Virus record (IMG/VR): IMGVR_UViG_3300045988_030421
Coordinates: 1-39,394 of that record
From: a virus
Length of the DNA stretch: 39,394 nt
Direction: 5' to 3' (one strand)
The notes under the pieces are model-generated. The model was not told the DNA's origin. It ran no database searches and saw nothing but the letters and a program-made list of their open reading frames with translations. Made by a program: the position numbers and the translations under genes. How positions within the stretch are numbered: position 1 is the stretch's first letter; the number at the start of each line of letters is the position of its first letter. Shown one piece after another: positions 23,009-32,026 of this stretch.

Positions 23009-23259
23009 GCTTTCGCCAGCCGTTCCAGCAGCGAAACCATTCAAAGGGCGAAAACAGGATCAAGCCGCCGAAGTTCGAGCTTGAGGACGTAGAGGATTAT
23101 TACACGTATTACGTCCTCATCCTTGAAATTCCTGAGGACGTTTTCTGGTATGCAGATTATTCGTTTTTGCTCGGCGTGGTCGAAAACAAAACGGCTTACG
23201 ATGGGTGGTTATCATACGTTACTGAGCGAGAGCGCAAAAGAGCGGCAAAAAAGACGTAA
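22703..23259 (+). CDS. Tail assembly chaperone, -1 frameshift product (GT-like)
   Basis: Slippery heptamer A_AAA_AAA lies at 22996-23002. The -1 frame is open from 23002 to TAA 23257-23259 and encodes ...DYYTYYVLILEIPEDVFWYADYSFLLGVVENKTAYDGWLSYV... Confidence 0.6.
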
Positions 23260-23274
23260 TAAAGGGGTGATTAC

Positions 23275-25929
23275 GTGGCGGCTAAAAATGAGGCAAAAAT
23301 CCGGTTTACTGCTGAAACCGGCGAATTTAATGAGGGCATAAAGGCAGCAAATAATCAGCTTTCGAGCCTCCGCGCTGAAATGAAGCTGAACGATGCGCAG
23401 ATGAAAGCATCCGGCGCGTCGGTGGAGGCATTGCAGGCAAAACACAAAAACCTCGAAAATCAGCTTGCAGCGCAGCAGGATAAAACGCAGGCCCTGTCCG
23501 AAAAGCTGAAAGTTGCCGTTGATATTTTCGGCGAAAATTCGGATGAAGCGACAAAGTTGCGCAATCAGCTTTTAGCGTCGCAGACGGCAGAGGTCAAGCT
23601 GCAAGCGTCCATTGCAAACTGTAATGCCGAGATTGCGCGGCAGAAACAGGCGCAGGAAAAATCGAAAACAGCAGGCGAGAGCCTTAACGATACCATTTCC
23701 GCACAGCAGAGCGAGCTTAATGACCTCAAAAAGCGGTATGTCGATGCCGTCCTTGAGTTTGGTGCTGCATCAGATCAGGCGAATGAGCTTGCAGGCAAGA
23801 TCGACGACCTTTCCGGCGCCCTTAAACAGAATAAAGACCGCATGCAGGATGCTGAAAAGGCTGCAAATGGCCTTGACAACACGCTCGCCGATGCTGGTGA
23901 TAGTGCGGAGAGCGCCGGAGACGGGTTTACCATTTTCAAGGGTGCGCTTGCCGACCTTGCATCGAATGCGATTCAGGCGGTTATCGGTAAGATCGGCGAG
24001 TTGATCGGATATTTCGCAGAGCTGCCAGAGGCGACGAGAGAGTTGCGGCAGGACATGTCTACCTTGGCGACGGCGTTTGATGAGGTGGGCTTTTCGACCG
24101 AGACTGCGAAAGATACTTGGCGGGATTTGTATGCAGTGTTCGGCGAGGACGACAGAGCGGTCGAGGCTGCAAACAATATTTCACGTATGGCTGATAGCCA
24201 AAAAGAGCTTGACGAGTGGGTCAGGATCACGACCGGCGTCTGGGGGACGTATCAAGATGCACTGCCCGTCGAGGGCTTGGCTGAGGCAGCAGGCGAGACG
24301 GCAAAGGTGGGCAAAGTTACCGGCGTTCTTGCCGATGCGTTGAATTGGAGCAGCGAGGCGGCAGTAATGTTCGCGGATTATATGTCCGAGGATGTTACAA
24401 ACGCAGAGGATGCTTTTAACGTGGCGCTTTCCGAGTGCTCGACCGAGGCGGAAAGACAGGCCCTTATCACAGACACGTTGACGGCGCTGTATGGAGACGC
24501 GGCAGACACTTACCGCGACACCGCCTCCGCGCAGATGGAAGCAAAAGAGGCAACGGCGGACAACATTCTTGCCGAGGCGAATCTTGCAGATGCAATCGAG
24601 CCGACGACGACCGCATGGGATCAGCTCAAAAACAAGCTGCTTGTCGGTGTGCTTCCTGCGGTTGAAAGTGTCACAGGCGTTCTCACGCCTATGATTCAGT
24701 GGCTTACCGAGCATCCTGCCGTGCTTTATGCAGTTGGCGCAGCTATCGGGATTGTTACTGTTGCGCTGGGCGCATTGGCTGTCGCTACGGCTATCCAGAC
24801 AGTTGCGAATAGTGCGTTGTTTGCGTCAATGGTTCCGTTGATGCTGCCGATTCTCGGTATTGTAGCAGCAATCGCGGCATTGATAGCAATCATCGCCGTG
24901 TGCGTAAAGTATTGGGATGAAATCAAGGCGGCAGCCGCATCGGCGTGGGATTGGGTCGTCGAGAAATGGCAAGCAGCCGCAAGCTGGTTTGATACGACCG
25001 TTATTCAGCCGATTGTCGGGTTCTTTACCGGCTTGTGGGAGAGCATCAAAAACGCCTTTTCCGCAGCGTGGGAATGGATCAAAAGCACGCCAATTTTCCA
25101 GTTCTACGAGGCGTTGTTTACATCAATCTGGAACACGGTTAAAAGCGTTATCGACGTTATTGTGCAGCTTGCAAGCGGTGCGTGGGAGATCATCAAAGCC
25201 GTTTGGAGCGTTGTTTCTGGCTGGTTCAGTGCTAACATTACGCAGCCGATAGCGAATTTCTTTACGACCATGTGGAACGGCGTTAAAGATGCAGCGAATT
25301 CAGCGTGGAGCGTCCTGAAAGATGGAGCGTCGAAAGCGTGGGGAGCTATCAAGTCGATTTTCGGTTCAGTAGCATCGTTTTTTGGCGATATTTTCGGATC
25401 GGCTTGGCAGCGGGTCAAGGACGTTTTCTCGACTGGCGGTGCAATTTTTTCTGGCATCACTGAGGGCATTACGTCGATGTTTAAGCGCGTCGTTAATGCC
25501 ATTATTGGCGGCGTTAACAGGGTCGTAGCTATTCCGTTCAACAAGATCAATTCCTTGTTGTCAACGATCCGCAACACGTCAGTCCTTGGCATTGCGCCGT
25601 TCAGAGGAATAGGTTCAATTTCTGTTCCGCAGATTCCGTTGCTGGCAGCAGGCGGCATCTTGACGCAGCCGACGCTTAATATCGCTGGTGAAGCTGGGCC
25701 CGAGGCAGTTATCCCGATTGACAAGCTGCAAAGCTACATCAGCAGCGCAATCGACAGGACGATGCAGACCGCGAACATTCAGGCGCTTGTCGCGGCGGTT
25801 GAAAATTTGGCTGACAGGGCAATCGAGCTTAATATCAATGGCAGACAGTTCGCCGTTGCGACGGCATCGGATTCCGACGTTGTGAACGGCAATAGACTTG
25901 CATTGCAGAAACGGGGGCTTGTGGTATGA
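23275..25929 (+). CDS. Tape measure protein
   Basis: 884 aa with a coiled-coil N-terminal third, a central hydrophobic segment and repeated W/F-containing helical motifs. GTG start after AAAGGGGTG. Confidence 0.9.
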   Translation: MAAKNEAKIRFTAETGEFNEGIKAANNQLSSLRAEMKLNDAQMKASGASVEALQAKHKNLENQLAAQQDKTQALSEKLKVAVDIFGENSDEATKLRNQLLASQTAEVKLQASIANCNAEIARQKQAQEKSKTAGESLNDTISAQQSELNDLKKRYVDAVLEFGAASDQANELAGKIDDLSGALKQNKDRMQDAEKAANGLDNTLADAGDSAESAGDGFTIFKGALADLASNAIQAVIGKIGELIGYFAELPEATRELRQDMSTLATAFDEVGFSTETAKDTWRDLYAVFGEDDRAVEAANNISRMADSQKELDEWVRITTGVWGTYQDALPVEGLAEAAGETAKVGKVTGVLADALNWSSEAAVMFADYMSEDVTNAEDAFNVALSECSTEAERQALITDTLTALYGDAADTYRDTASAQMEAKEATADNILAEANLADAIEPTTTAWDQLKNKLLVGVLPAVESVTGVLTPMIQWLTEHPAVLYAVGAAIGIVTVALGALAVATAIQTVANSALFASMVPLMLPILGIVAAIAALIAIIAVCVKYWDEIKAAAASAWDWVVEKWQAAASWFDTTVIQPIVGFFTGLWESIKNAFSAAWEWIKSTPIFQFYEALFTSIWNTVKSVIDVIVQLASGAWEIIKAVWSVVSGWFSANITQPIANFFTTMWNGVKDAANSAWSVLKDGASKAWGAIKSIFGSVASFFGDIFGSAWQRVKDVFSTGGAIFSGITEGITSMFKRVVNAIIGGVNRVVAIPFNKINSLLSTIRNTSVLGIAPFRGIGSISVPQIPLLAAGGILTQPTLNIAGEAGPEAVIPIDKLQSYISSAIDRTMQTANIQALVAAVENLADRAIELNINGRQFAVATASDSDVVNGNRLALQKRGLVV

Positions 25930-26951
25930 GTTTGCACGATGGTATCAGGGCAGGCGGGAAGCATAGCTACGAAGATTTTGGGCTTGAGATTGCAAGCCGC
26001 GAGATCGGTCTGCCCGAAAAAAAGAGCATCCGCAAGACTGTGCCGTTTATGAGCGGCTTTTACGATTTTACCACGTTGAATGGTGCTCCCACATGGGGCG
26101 AACGTCAGATCAAATATGCGTTTGACCTCATCGGGGCGACCGTCGAAGAGATGGATGCAGAGCGCACCGAGGTCGTGAATTGGCTGTGCAATCTGCACGA
26201 CGTTGACATATTCGACGATAGTATTCCGGATTATCATTTTCGCGGCTCGTATGATTCGTACTCCCTGTCCGAGGATGGGGAGCACGTTGAGCTGACCGTC
26301 GTTTTCGTGTGCTATCCGTTCATGCTGTCAAACACTCCGAGCGTTTCAACGGTGTACGAAAGTGCGAGCGTTACAATAGCGAACAGCGGTCGTCCGGCAT
26401 CTCCTACAATTTCGTCTGCGCAGGCTGCAATTATCGCAGCAGGTGGGCAGCAAAAATCCGTACCGCCTGTTGGCAATTACAAAGCCGGTCTAATGCTTGG
26501 TGCTGGTAACAATATCGTTACCGTTACGAAGCAAAACGAAATAAGATACCCGTATGTCAACACTACCACGACGAACAATGGGATCACATTCACTGATAAC
26601 GGCGACGGCACGATTACGGCGAACGGAACGGCTACCGAAGTTGCTTGGTTTTGGCTGTGGGGTTCTGGGGCAAAGTTCAAGCCGCCTGTCGGCAAGCATC
26701 GCGCGACAGGTTGCCCTGCGAATGCGAGCGCAAATAATTATCGCATCCAGTATTACGTTTATAACGGATCGGATGCAGATTCGAAGTATTACTATGATTT
26801 CGGCTCAGGGGTCGTAATCGACGTGACAGAAAAAACGGAATATATTTCGTTGGCAATCCGTGTCGTAAAAGGTTATACGGCGAGTAATGTGGTGTTTAGT
26901 CCTGCAATGTATGGCGAAACGAAAATCGTGTTCGCGAAAGAGGTGCTGTAA
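25926..26951 (+). CDS. Distal tail protein (Dit, siphovirus tail component)
   Basis: 341 aa. The N-terminus ...GGKHSYEDFGLEIASREIGLPEKKSIRKTVPFMSGFYDF... is typical of Dit. ATGA overlap with the tape measure gene. Confidence 0.7.
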   Translation: MSLHDGIRAGGKHSYEDFGLEIASREIGLPEKKSIRKTVPFMSGFYDFTTLNGAPTWGERQIKYAFDLIGATVEEMDAERTEVVNWLCNLHDVDIFDDSIPDYHFRGSYDSYSLSEDGEHVELTVVFVCYPFMLSNTPSVSTVYESASVTIANSGRPASPTISSAQAAIIAAGGQQKSVPPVGNYKAGLMLGAGNNIVTVTKQNEIRYPYVNTTTTNNGITFTDNGDGTITANGTATEVAWFWLWGSGAKFKPPVGKHRATGCPANASANNYRIQYYVYNGSDADSKYYYDFGSGVVIDVTEKTEYISLAIRVVKGYTASNVVFSPAMYGETKIVFAKEVL

Positions 26952-28655
26952 ATGTATGAAGTGTATATCAAAAATGCAGGAGCAGCGACCTACATACACG
27001 ATGAAAACAGCGATAACGTTTTGGCATCGGCGAAGATTGAGGATGCGCGAAATGCGATCAGTTCGTTTACGTTCATGATTTATCCGTATAATGCAGGATA
27101 TGACAAGCTGAACGCATTTACGACGATGGTCTATGTGTATAACACGAACCGGTCGCGATATGATTTTATCGGGCGCGTTATTCAGATCACGCAGCAGATG
27201 GACAGCGACGGGGCGGTTTATAAGACGGTAGTCTGCGAGAGCCGCCTCGGCTACCTTTGCGACAGTGTGCAGCCGTACACAGCCGAGGCACAGCACGACG
27301 GCGACGGCAGCAGGAACGGCTTGCAGGAATTCATTGATCTGATCCTGAGCAATCATAATGCGCAGGTCGAGGATGCAAAAAAGATTTACAGGGGCAACGT
27401 CACGCTTACGACTTATGCGACCTCCGAGGGCGTATATAAAGGGTTGAATTACGAAACGACTTGGGAGATCATCAAGTCGAAGCTCGTGGATGTTTTCGGC
27501 GGTGAGATCAGGCTGCGAGAGACAGACGGAGCGCTGTATCTTGATTATGCCGAAGAGCTGGGCACGACAAGGGCGACTGCGATAGAGCTGGGGCGCAATA
27601 TGGAGAGCGCACAGCGTTCCGTTGACTGTACGAGTGTAATTACACGGCTTATCCCTTTGGGGGCTAAAATCGTCGCACAGACGCTTGACGAGGACGGCGA
27701 CGTCGTAGAGGAAACAGAGACAGAAAACCGGCTCACGATTGCGTCCGCAAATAATGATGTTATTTACATTGAGGATGAGCTTGCTGTTCAGGCGTATGGC
27801 ATCGTATACGGCACGGTTATTTTTGACGATGTTACAGATCCGGCGAATCTGAAAACAAAGGGAACGCAGTATCTCGCTGAGGTCAATATGCTGAAAGAAA
27901 GCAACAGCATAACGTCGCTTGACTTGTCGCTGCTGGATATGGATATTGACGACATTCGGCTGTATGACAAATATCCGTGCAGGAATGCCCTTATCGGGCT
28001 TAATGCGGTGCTTGAGGTCGTGAAAAAGACGACGGATGTTATCGAGCCGTATTCATCGACTTTCGACATGGGCGATATTGACGTGACGCTTGCTGACAGC
28101 ATTCTCGGCATTTCCGATTCATACAAGGATATTCGCGGCGAGGTGCGCAAGACCGTCAACAATGCGATTAAAAATAGTCAGGTATCAATCCGGCAGATCG
28201 TGTCGCAGGAGACCGAAACGGCAGTCCAGCAGGGCGAAAAAGACATTCTTTTGTCGGTGTCAGAATCGACCGTCTCAAAGGATGAATATTCGTCGTTTTA
28301 TGATACCGTGAAAAACATCCTGCAAATGGACGCAGATGGCACGACGATGATTTTCCAGACGATCAACGAGGCGATTCAGGACGTTGGAGATCAGGCGCAG
28401 TCGCAATATTCGGAAATCCTGAAATACATCCGTTTTGAGGATGGCAGCATCATTCTCGGCGAAAAGGGCAATCCGTTGACCTTGAAGATCGAGAACGATA
28501 AGATTGCGTTTTACCAGAACGGCGTTGCTGTGGCGTACTTTTCCGACAGTAAATTGTATGTCACGCATGGGGAATTCCTTGAGACGTTCAAGCTCGGCAA
28601 ATTTCAGGCTTCTCCGCGCTCAAATGGCAATGTGACGTGGAAAGTTGCGAAGTAA
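26952..28655 (+). CDS. Tail-associated protein (Tal; prophage-tail N-terminal domain)
   Basis: 567 aa. The N-terminal ...FTFMIYPYNAGYDKLNAFTTMVYVYNT...YDFIGRVIQI... pattern matches phage minor structural/Tal proteins. Confidence 0.7.
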   Translation: MYEVYIKNAGAATYIHDENSDNVLASAKIEDARNAISSFTFMIYPYNAGYDKLNAFTTMVYVYNTNRSRYDFIGRVIQITQQMDSDGAVYKTVVCESRLGYLCDSVQPYTAEAQHDGDGSRNGLQEFIDLILSNHNAQVEDAKKIYRGNVTLTTYATSEGVYKGLNYETTWEIIKSKLVDVFGGEIRLRETDGALYLDYAEELGTTRATAIELGRNMESAQRSVDCTSVITRLIPLGAKIVAQTLDEDGDVVEETETENRLTIASANNDVIYIEDELAVQAYGIVYGTVIFDDVTDPANLKTKGTQYLAEVNMLKESNSITSLDLSLLDMDIDDIRLYDKYPCRNALIGLNAVLEVVKKTTDVIEPYSSTFDMGDIDVTLADSILGISDSYKDIRGEVRKTVNNAIKNSQVSIRQIVSQETETAVQQGEKDILLSVSESTVSKDEYSSFYDTVKNILQMDADGTTMIFQTINEAIQDVGDQAQSQYSEILKYIRFEDGSIILGEKGNPLTLKIENDKIAFYQNGVAVAYFSDSKLYVTHGEFLETFKLGKFQASPRSNGNVTWKVAK

Positions 28656-28670
28656 AAAGGGGGCGATATT

Positions 28671-30458
28671 ATGGCTTTAAGTGGCGAATTTGCAGGTACA
28701 ACAAACAGCCAATACATACGACCGTCGATTGCGTGGTATGCAAAGCAAAGCGTATCGGGCAATTATTCCGATGTAACGGCTACGCTCGTGTATTCCCGAA
28801 CAAATACAGGGTATACGACCTATGGCACCGGCACGTTCAGCGTAACGATTAACGGTACGCGCTACACAGCTACGAAAGAAATTTCGATCTCGTATTGGAG
28901 CGGCACGGTTGCAATCTCGAACACTGTGAGAGTTCCGCACAATGCAGATGGCACAAAAAGCTGCGCAATATCGGCGACAGGATCAATCCCCGGCACATCA
29001 TTGTCGAGCACGACAATTTCTGGCACAGTTACGCTTGACACAATTCCGAGAGCAACAACGCCGAGCATTTCGGGCGCACATTATCTTGGCGGCACAATAA
29101 CGATAGCGCTGAACAGAGCGTCGTCGTCTTTCACGCATAATCTATATTATTCGTGGGGCAGTCAGGTGTCGAACGCTCTGATTGGTAAAGGGATAGCGAC
29201 GAGCCAAAAGTTTACGATCCCGAAAACGCTATCCGAATATATCATGGGCAGCACAAGCGGGGACTTGTATATCAGGTGCGATACGTATAATGGCTCGACG
29301 CTTATCGGCACAAAAACAGTGAGTTATATCGTCGTTGTGCCGGATACGGCAGAGTTCAAGCCGACCGTTACGAGTGTTGCCGTTGGGAAAGCGAACACGA
29401 TTGCAGTTGACCGGCTCGTCGTTGGCAAGTCTAAGCTCAAGATCAGCGTTAACGCGGTCGGTGCATATGTCAGCGGCAGCCAGAACAGAAACAGCTTTCT
29501 GCAAAAAGCGACGGTTGTTGTGGATGGCGTTACCTACACGGCTACATTGGGGCAAAACGCATCGCAAAATTTCGATATTACGACCGAGACGATAGCGCAG
29601 TCAGGAGCGAAAACGATTACCGTTACCGTCACCGACAGCCGAGGCAGGACGGCGACAAAGAATGCTACCTACACGGCTTATAATTATTCTGCTCCCGTTA
29701 TATCCACGTTCACGGCGCAAAGATGTGCAGCAGATGGAACGGCGGACGACAGTGGCGTCTATGTCCTTTTTGGCTTGAAAGCTACTGTATCAAGCATCGA
29801 CAGCCAGAACGCAAAAACGTACAAAATCGTGTACGAAAATAATGGGTCAGAGGTCACGCTTAAAACCGGTACGTTGTCGGCGTATTCGAACGCGACGGTA
29901 AGTTACAATTCGAGTGTAGATAGCAAGACGTTTTCTGTCGATAATGCATGGACTGTGCGAGCATATGTTTACGACAGTTTCAACACGTCTATACCGGCAG
30001 TTGCGACCGTAATTGTGCCGACCGAGAAAACGTTCATGGATTGGCGAGCGAATGGCAATGGGCTTGCGTTTGGCAAAGTTTCGACGAAAGATGGGCTTGA
30101 AATTGCGTGGCCCTTGTTTGATCGAAACGATTTCGGCGTAGGTATCACGAGCAGATCAATCGGCGAAGGGTATGGCTATGTGAAGTTTGAAAGCGGTATG
30201 CTTTTGCAGTGGGGCACGGTAACGATCACGCCAACAGCAGCGAACACGGTTACGTCGTTGCAGATCACATTCGATCATGCGTATTCGGTGCGTCCTCACA
30301 TTGGCGGCGCATTGCAGTCAAATGTCCCGCAGGTGATTACGTGGGGAGTTGGTGGAGGCACAACAGCGGCAGCAGCTCTCACGAGCATGATGCTGTACAT
30401 GACGCGCACGAATGTCAATGCGACAACGTTCCGATGGTGGGCGTTTGGGCTGGCGTAA
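28671..30458 (+). CDS. DUF859-like siphovirus structural protein (putative receptor-binding protein)
   Basis: 595 aa, Ser/Thr/Gly-rich beta protein. The N-terminal ...SGNYSDVTATLVYSRTNTGYTTYGTGTFSVTINGTRYTA... resembles the Gp37-like/DUF859 family. Confidence 0.5.
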   Translation: MALSGEFAGTTNSQYIRPSIAWYAKQSVSGNYSDVTATLVYSRTNTGYTTYGTGTFSVTINGTRYTATKEISISYWSGTVAISNTVRVPHNADGTKSCAISATGSIPGTSLSSTTISGTVTLDTIPRATTPSISGAHYLGGTITIALNRASSSFTHNLYYSWGSQVSNALIGKGIATSQKFTIPKTLSEYIMGSTSGDLYIRCDTYNGSTLIGTKTVSYIVVVPDTAEFKPTVTSVAVGKANTIAVDRLVVGKSKLKISVNAVGAYVSGSQNRNSFLQKATVVVDGVTYTATLGQNASQNFDITTETIAQSGAKTITVTVTDSRGRTATKNATYTAYNYSAPVISTFTAQRCAADGTADDSGVYVLFGLKATVSSIDSQNAKTYKIVYENNGSEVTLKTGTLSAYSNATVSYNSSVDSKTFSVDNAWTVRAYVYDSFNTSIPAVATVIVPTEKTFMDWRANGNGLAFGKVSTKDGLEIAWPLFDRNDFGVGITSRSIGEGYGYVKFESGMLLQWGTVTITPTAANTVTSLQITFDHAYSVRPHIGGALQSNVPQVITWGVGGGTTAAAALTSMMLYMTRTNVNATTFRWWAFGLA

Positions 30459-30483
30459 AAAAAGATGAAAATGGGGTAAAGTT

Positions 30484-30807
30484 ATGAGTTTCATCGAGGT
30501 GCTTATGGCAATCGGTCTCCCGTCCGCAATCATTGGCGCGATTGTGGGCTTTTTCATTTGGCGTTTGCAGCGGAAAATCGACAAGGAAGCAAAGGAGCGG
30601 GAAAAGCACGAGGACGACCGGCAACAGTACGAGGATTTTCAGGTGCAGATGATTATGGCTGTTGCTGCTCTTTGCGAGGCAAACGCTAGCGCCTTGCAGA
30701 ACGGCAAATGCAATGGCGAGACACACGCGGCGCTGAAATACCTGAAAGAGGTCAAACACAAGCAGCGGAATTTCCTTATTTCGCAAGGGATCGAACATCT
30801 ATTTTAA
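30484..30807 (+). CDS. Membrane-anchored coiled-coil protein, putative lysis-associated
   Basis: N-terminal TM helix FIEVLMAIGLPSAIIGAIVGFFIW followed by a charged helix. Adjacent to the holin. Confidence 0.45.
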   Translation: MSFIEVLMAIGLPSAIIGAIVGFFIWRLQRKIDKEAKEREKHEDDRQQYEDFQVQMIMAVAALCEANASALQNGKCNGETHAALKYLKEVKHKQRNFLISQGIEHLF

Positions 30808-30820
30808 GGAGGGCTTAAAA

Positions 30821-31096
30821 ATGAAAATCAATTGGAAAGTACGTGTAAAGAATCCCGTCTGGTGGGTGCAGATTGCGCTGTCTGTGCTTACTCCGATTCT
30901 GGCGTATGCAGGTTTGACGGCATCCGACCTTACGTCTTGGGCGGCGCTTGGCAATTTGCTGCTCGGTGCAGTCAGCAATCCATACGTGCTCGGGCTGGTC
31001 GTGGTGTCCGTCTGGAATGCGGTCAATGATCCGACCACTCACGGCGTGTGCGACAGTTCTCAGGCGCTCGAATACGAAGCACCGAAAACCGAATAA
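30821..31096 (+). CDS. Holin (phi LC3 / Phage_holin_1-type)
   Basis: MKINWKVRVKNPVWWVQIALSVLTPILAY... is the characteristic N-terminus. Two to three TM segments. Last gene of the late operon. Confidence 0.75.
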   Translation: MKINWKVRVKNPVWWVQIALSVLTPILAYAGLTASDLTSWAALGNLLLGAVSNPYVLGLVVVSVWNAVNDPTTHGVCDSSQALEYEAPKTE

Positions 31097-31103
31097 TCGA
31101 ATG

Positions 31104-31130
31104 GGGGGGCAGAAATGCCTCCCTTTTTTT
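31104..31130 (+). terminator. Rho-independent terminator of the late operon
   Basis: GGGGGGCA (31104-31111), loop GAAA, TGCCTCCC (31116-31123), then T7. Confidence 0.8.
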
Positions 31131-31192
31131 ATGCCTGTTTTGATGTAGCAAAGTGTATAAAAAAGAGGCTGAATGTTTGGTTGTTTTGTCAA

Positions 31193-31220
31193 TTGAAAAA
31201 TACCTCAAGGGGTATATAAT
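31193..31220 (+). promoter_or_regulatory. SigmaA-like promoter with embedded inverted repeat (copy 1 of twin element)
   Basis: TTGAAA (31193-31198), 16-nt spacer containing ATACC-N6-GGTAT (31200-31215), TATAAT (31215-31220). About 47 of 53 nt are identical to 35574-35626. Confidence 0.65.
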
Positions 31221-31227
31221 AAGACAT

Positions 31228-31373
31228 GTCAAGAGGACAAGGAAGGATAAAACAGAATACTCACTGACCGATACGCTCCCGTAAGTAAGAGATGATGTAA
31301 ATAGTTGCGAAAGGTAACCTTCCACTCAAGAGGACAAAGGAACACAAAGCCAACAGGCAGAAAGGAAATTGAA
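31228..31373 (+). promoter_or_regulatory. 146-nt 5' leader carrying two copies of TCAAGAGGACAA(A/G)G
   Basis: Motif copies lie at 31229-31243 and 31326-31340; a third lies at 35612-35626 in the twin element. GGAAGG (31241-31246) can pair with CCTTCC (31318-31323). No credible ORF. Confidence 0.4.
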
Positions 31374-31583
31374 ATGACAATTCACAAATTTCGCAAGACA
31401 AATGAAGGTGTTTATCTTTCTCCGGTGTATGTCCGGGATGATGGCAAATTCAAGATTGCATCCGTTGATCGCTGCATTTGTGGGACATGGAAACGTGTCT
31501 TCGAGGTAACCGACGAAGCGGGCGTGGTTGTTGGTACATTGCCACGTCTGAGAGATGCGAAAACCACTTACGAGGCTGAATAA
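31374..31583 (+). CDS. Hypothetical small protein (69 aa)
   Basis: ATG 31374 follows GAAAGGAAA and is internal to track ORF 31305..31583. Confidence 0.55.
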   Translation: MTIHKFRKTNEGVYLSPVYVRDDGKFKIASVDRCICGTWKRVFEVTDEAGVVVGTLPRLRDAKTTYEAE

Positions 31584-31586
31584 CAT

Positions 31587-31617
31587 AAAAGCCGATGGGC
31601 GGCGGCTAAACCGCCCA
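31587..31617 (+). promoter_or_regulatory. Conserved intergenic hairpin element, copy 2 (copy 1 at 3219..3250)
   Basis: AAAAGCCGATGGGCGGCGGCTAAACCGCCCA. It offers the same two alternative stems (AGCCG/CGGCT or GGGCGG/CCGCCC) and starts 4 nt after a stop codon. Confidence 0.5.
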
Positions 31618-31636
31618 CAAAAAGGAGAGCTTGAAG

Positions 31637-31843
31637 ATGTTTGAATGGTATTTCATCCCTGATGCAGCGGACATTGAGCGATGCAAAGGCGGCGTTTTCC
31701 CTTGCAGAAGCGGCTACACTTATGCAAAAGAAACAACGGCTATTTGGCACGGAAAGAAGTGGGCAAAAGAATGTAGGCGAACCGGTGAAATCAAAGCAGT
31801 ACCGGCAAAGAAAGCGCCTGCTTCCTATATTCTTGATTACTGA
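31637..31843 (+). CDS. Hypothetical small basic protein (68 aa)
   Basis: ATG 31637 lies 9 nt after GGAG. The track lists TTG 31631. Confidence 0.55.
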   Translation: MFEWYFIPDAADIERCKGGVFPCRSGYTYAKETTAIWHGKKWAKECRRTGEIKAVPAKKAPASYILDY

Positions 31844-31857
31844 TTGGAGGCGAGAAC

Positions 31858-32025
31858 GTGACACTTGAAAAATGCCCGTGTTGCAAAGGCGAGGCGAAGA
31901 TGCGGCAGCATAGACCGTTCGCGGATCATGCCGCCTATCAAGTGCAGTGCGTCGAGTGCGGCTTGACGACAAAGTGGTTTCCGACAGCAGAGCTTGCGGC
32001 TGAGCATTGGAACAGGAGGGCGTAA
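31858..32025 (+). CDS. Lar-family restriction alleviation-like zinc-ribbon protein (55 aa)
   Basis: GTG 31858 follows GGAGG. Product is VTLEKCPCCKGEAKMRQH...YQVQCVECGLTTKWFPTAELAAEHWNRRA, which gives CPxC...CxxCG...A..WNRR, the Lar-family signature. Below the track cutoff. Confidence 0.6.
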   Translation: MTLEKCPCCKGEAKMRQHRPFADHAAYQVQCVECGLTTKWFPTAELAAEHWNRRA

Positions 32026-32026
32026 G

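Noticed and set aside
23123-23341. 72-aa ORF bridging the chaperone and tape-measure genes
   Set aside because: It is in a different frame from both neighbours. The interval is fully explained by the -1 frameshift extension of the chaperone and by the GTG 23275 start of the tape measure.
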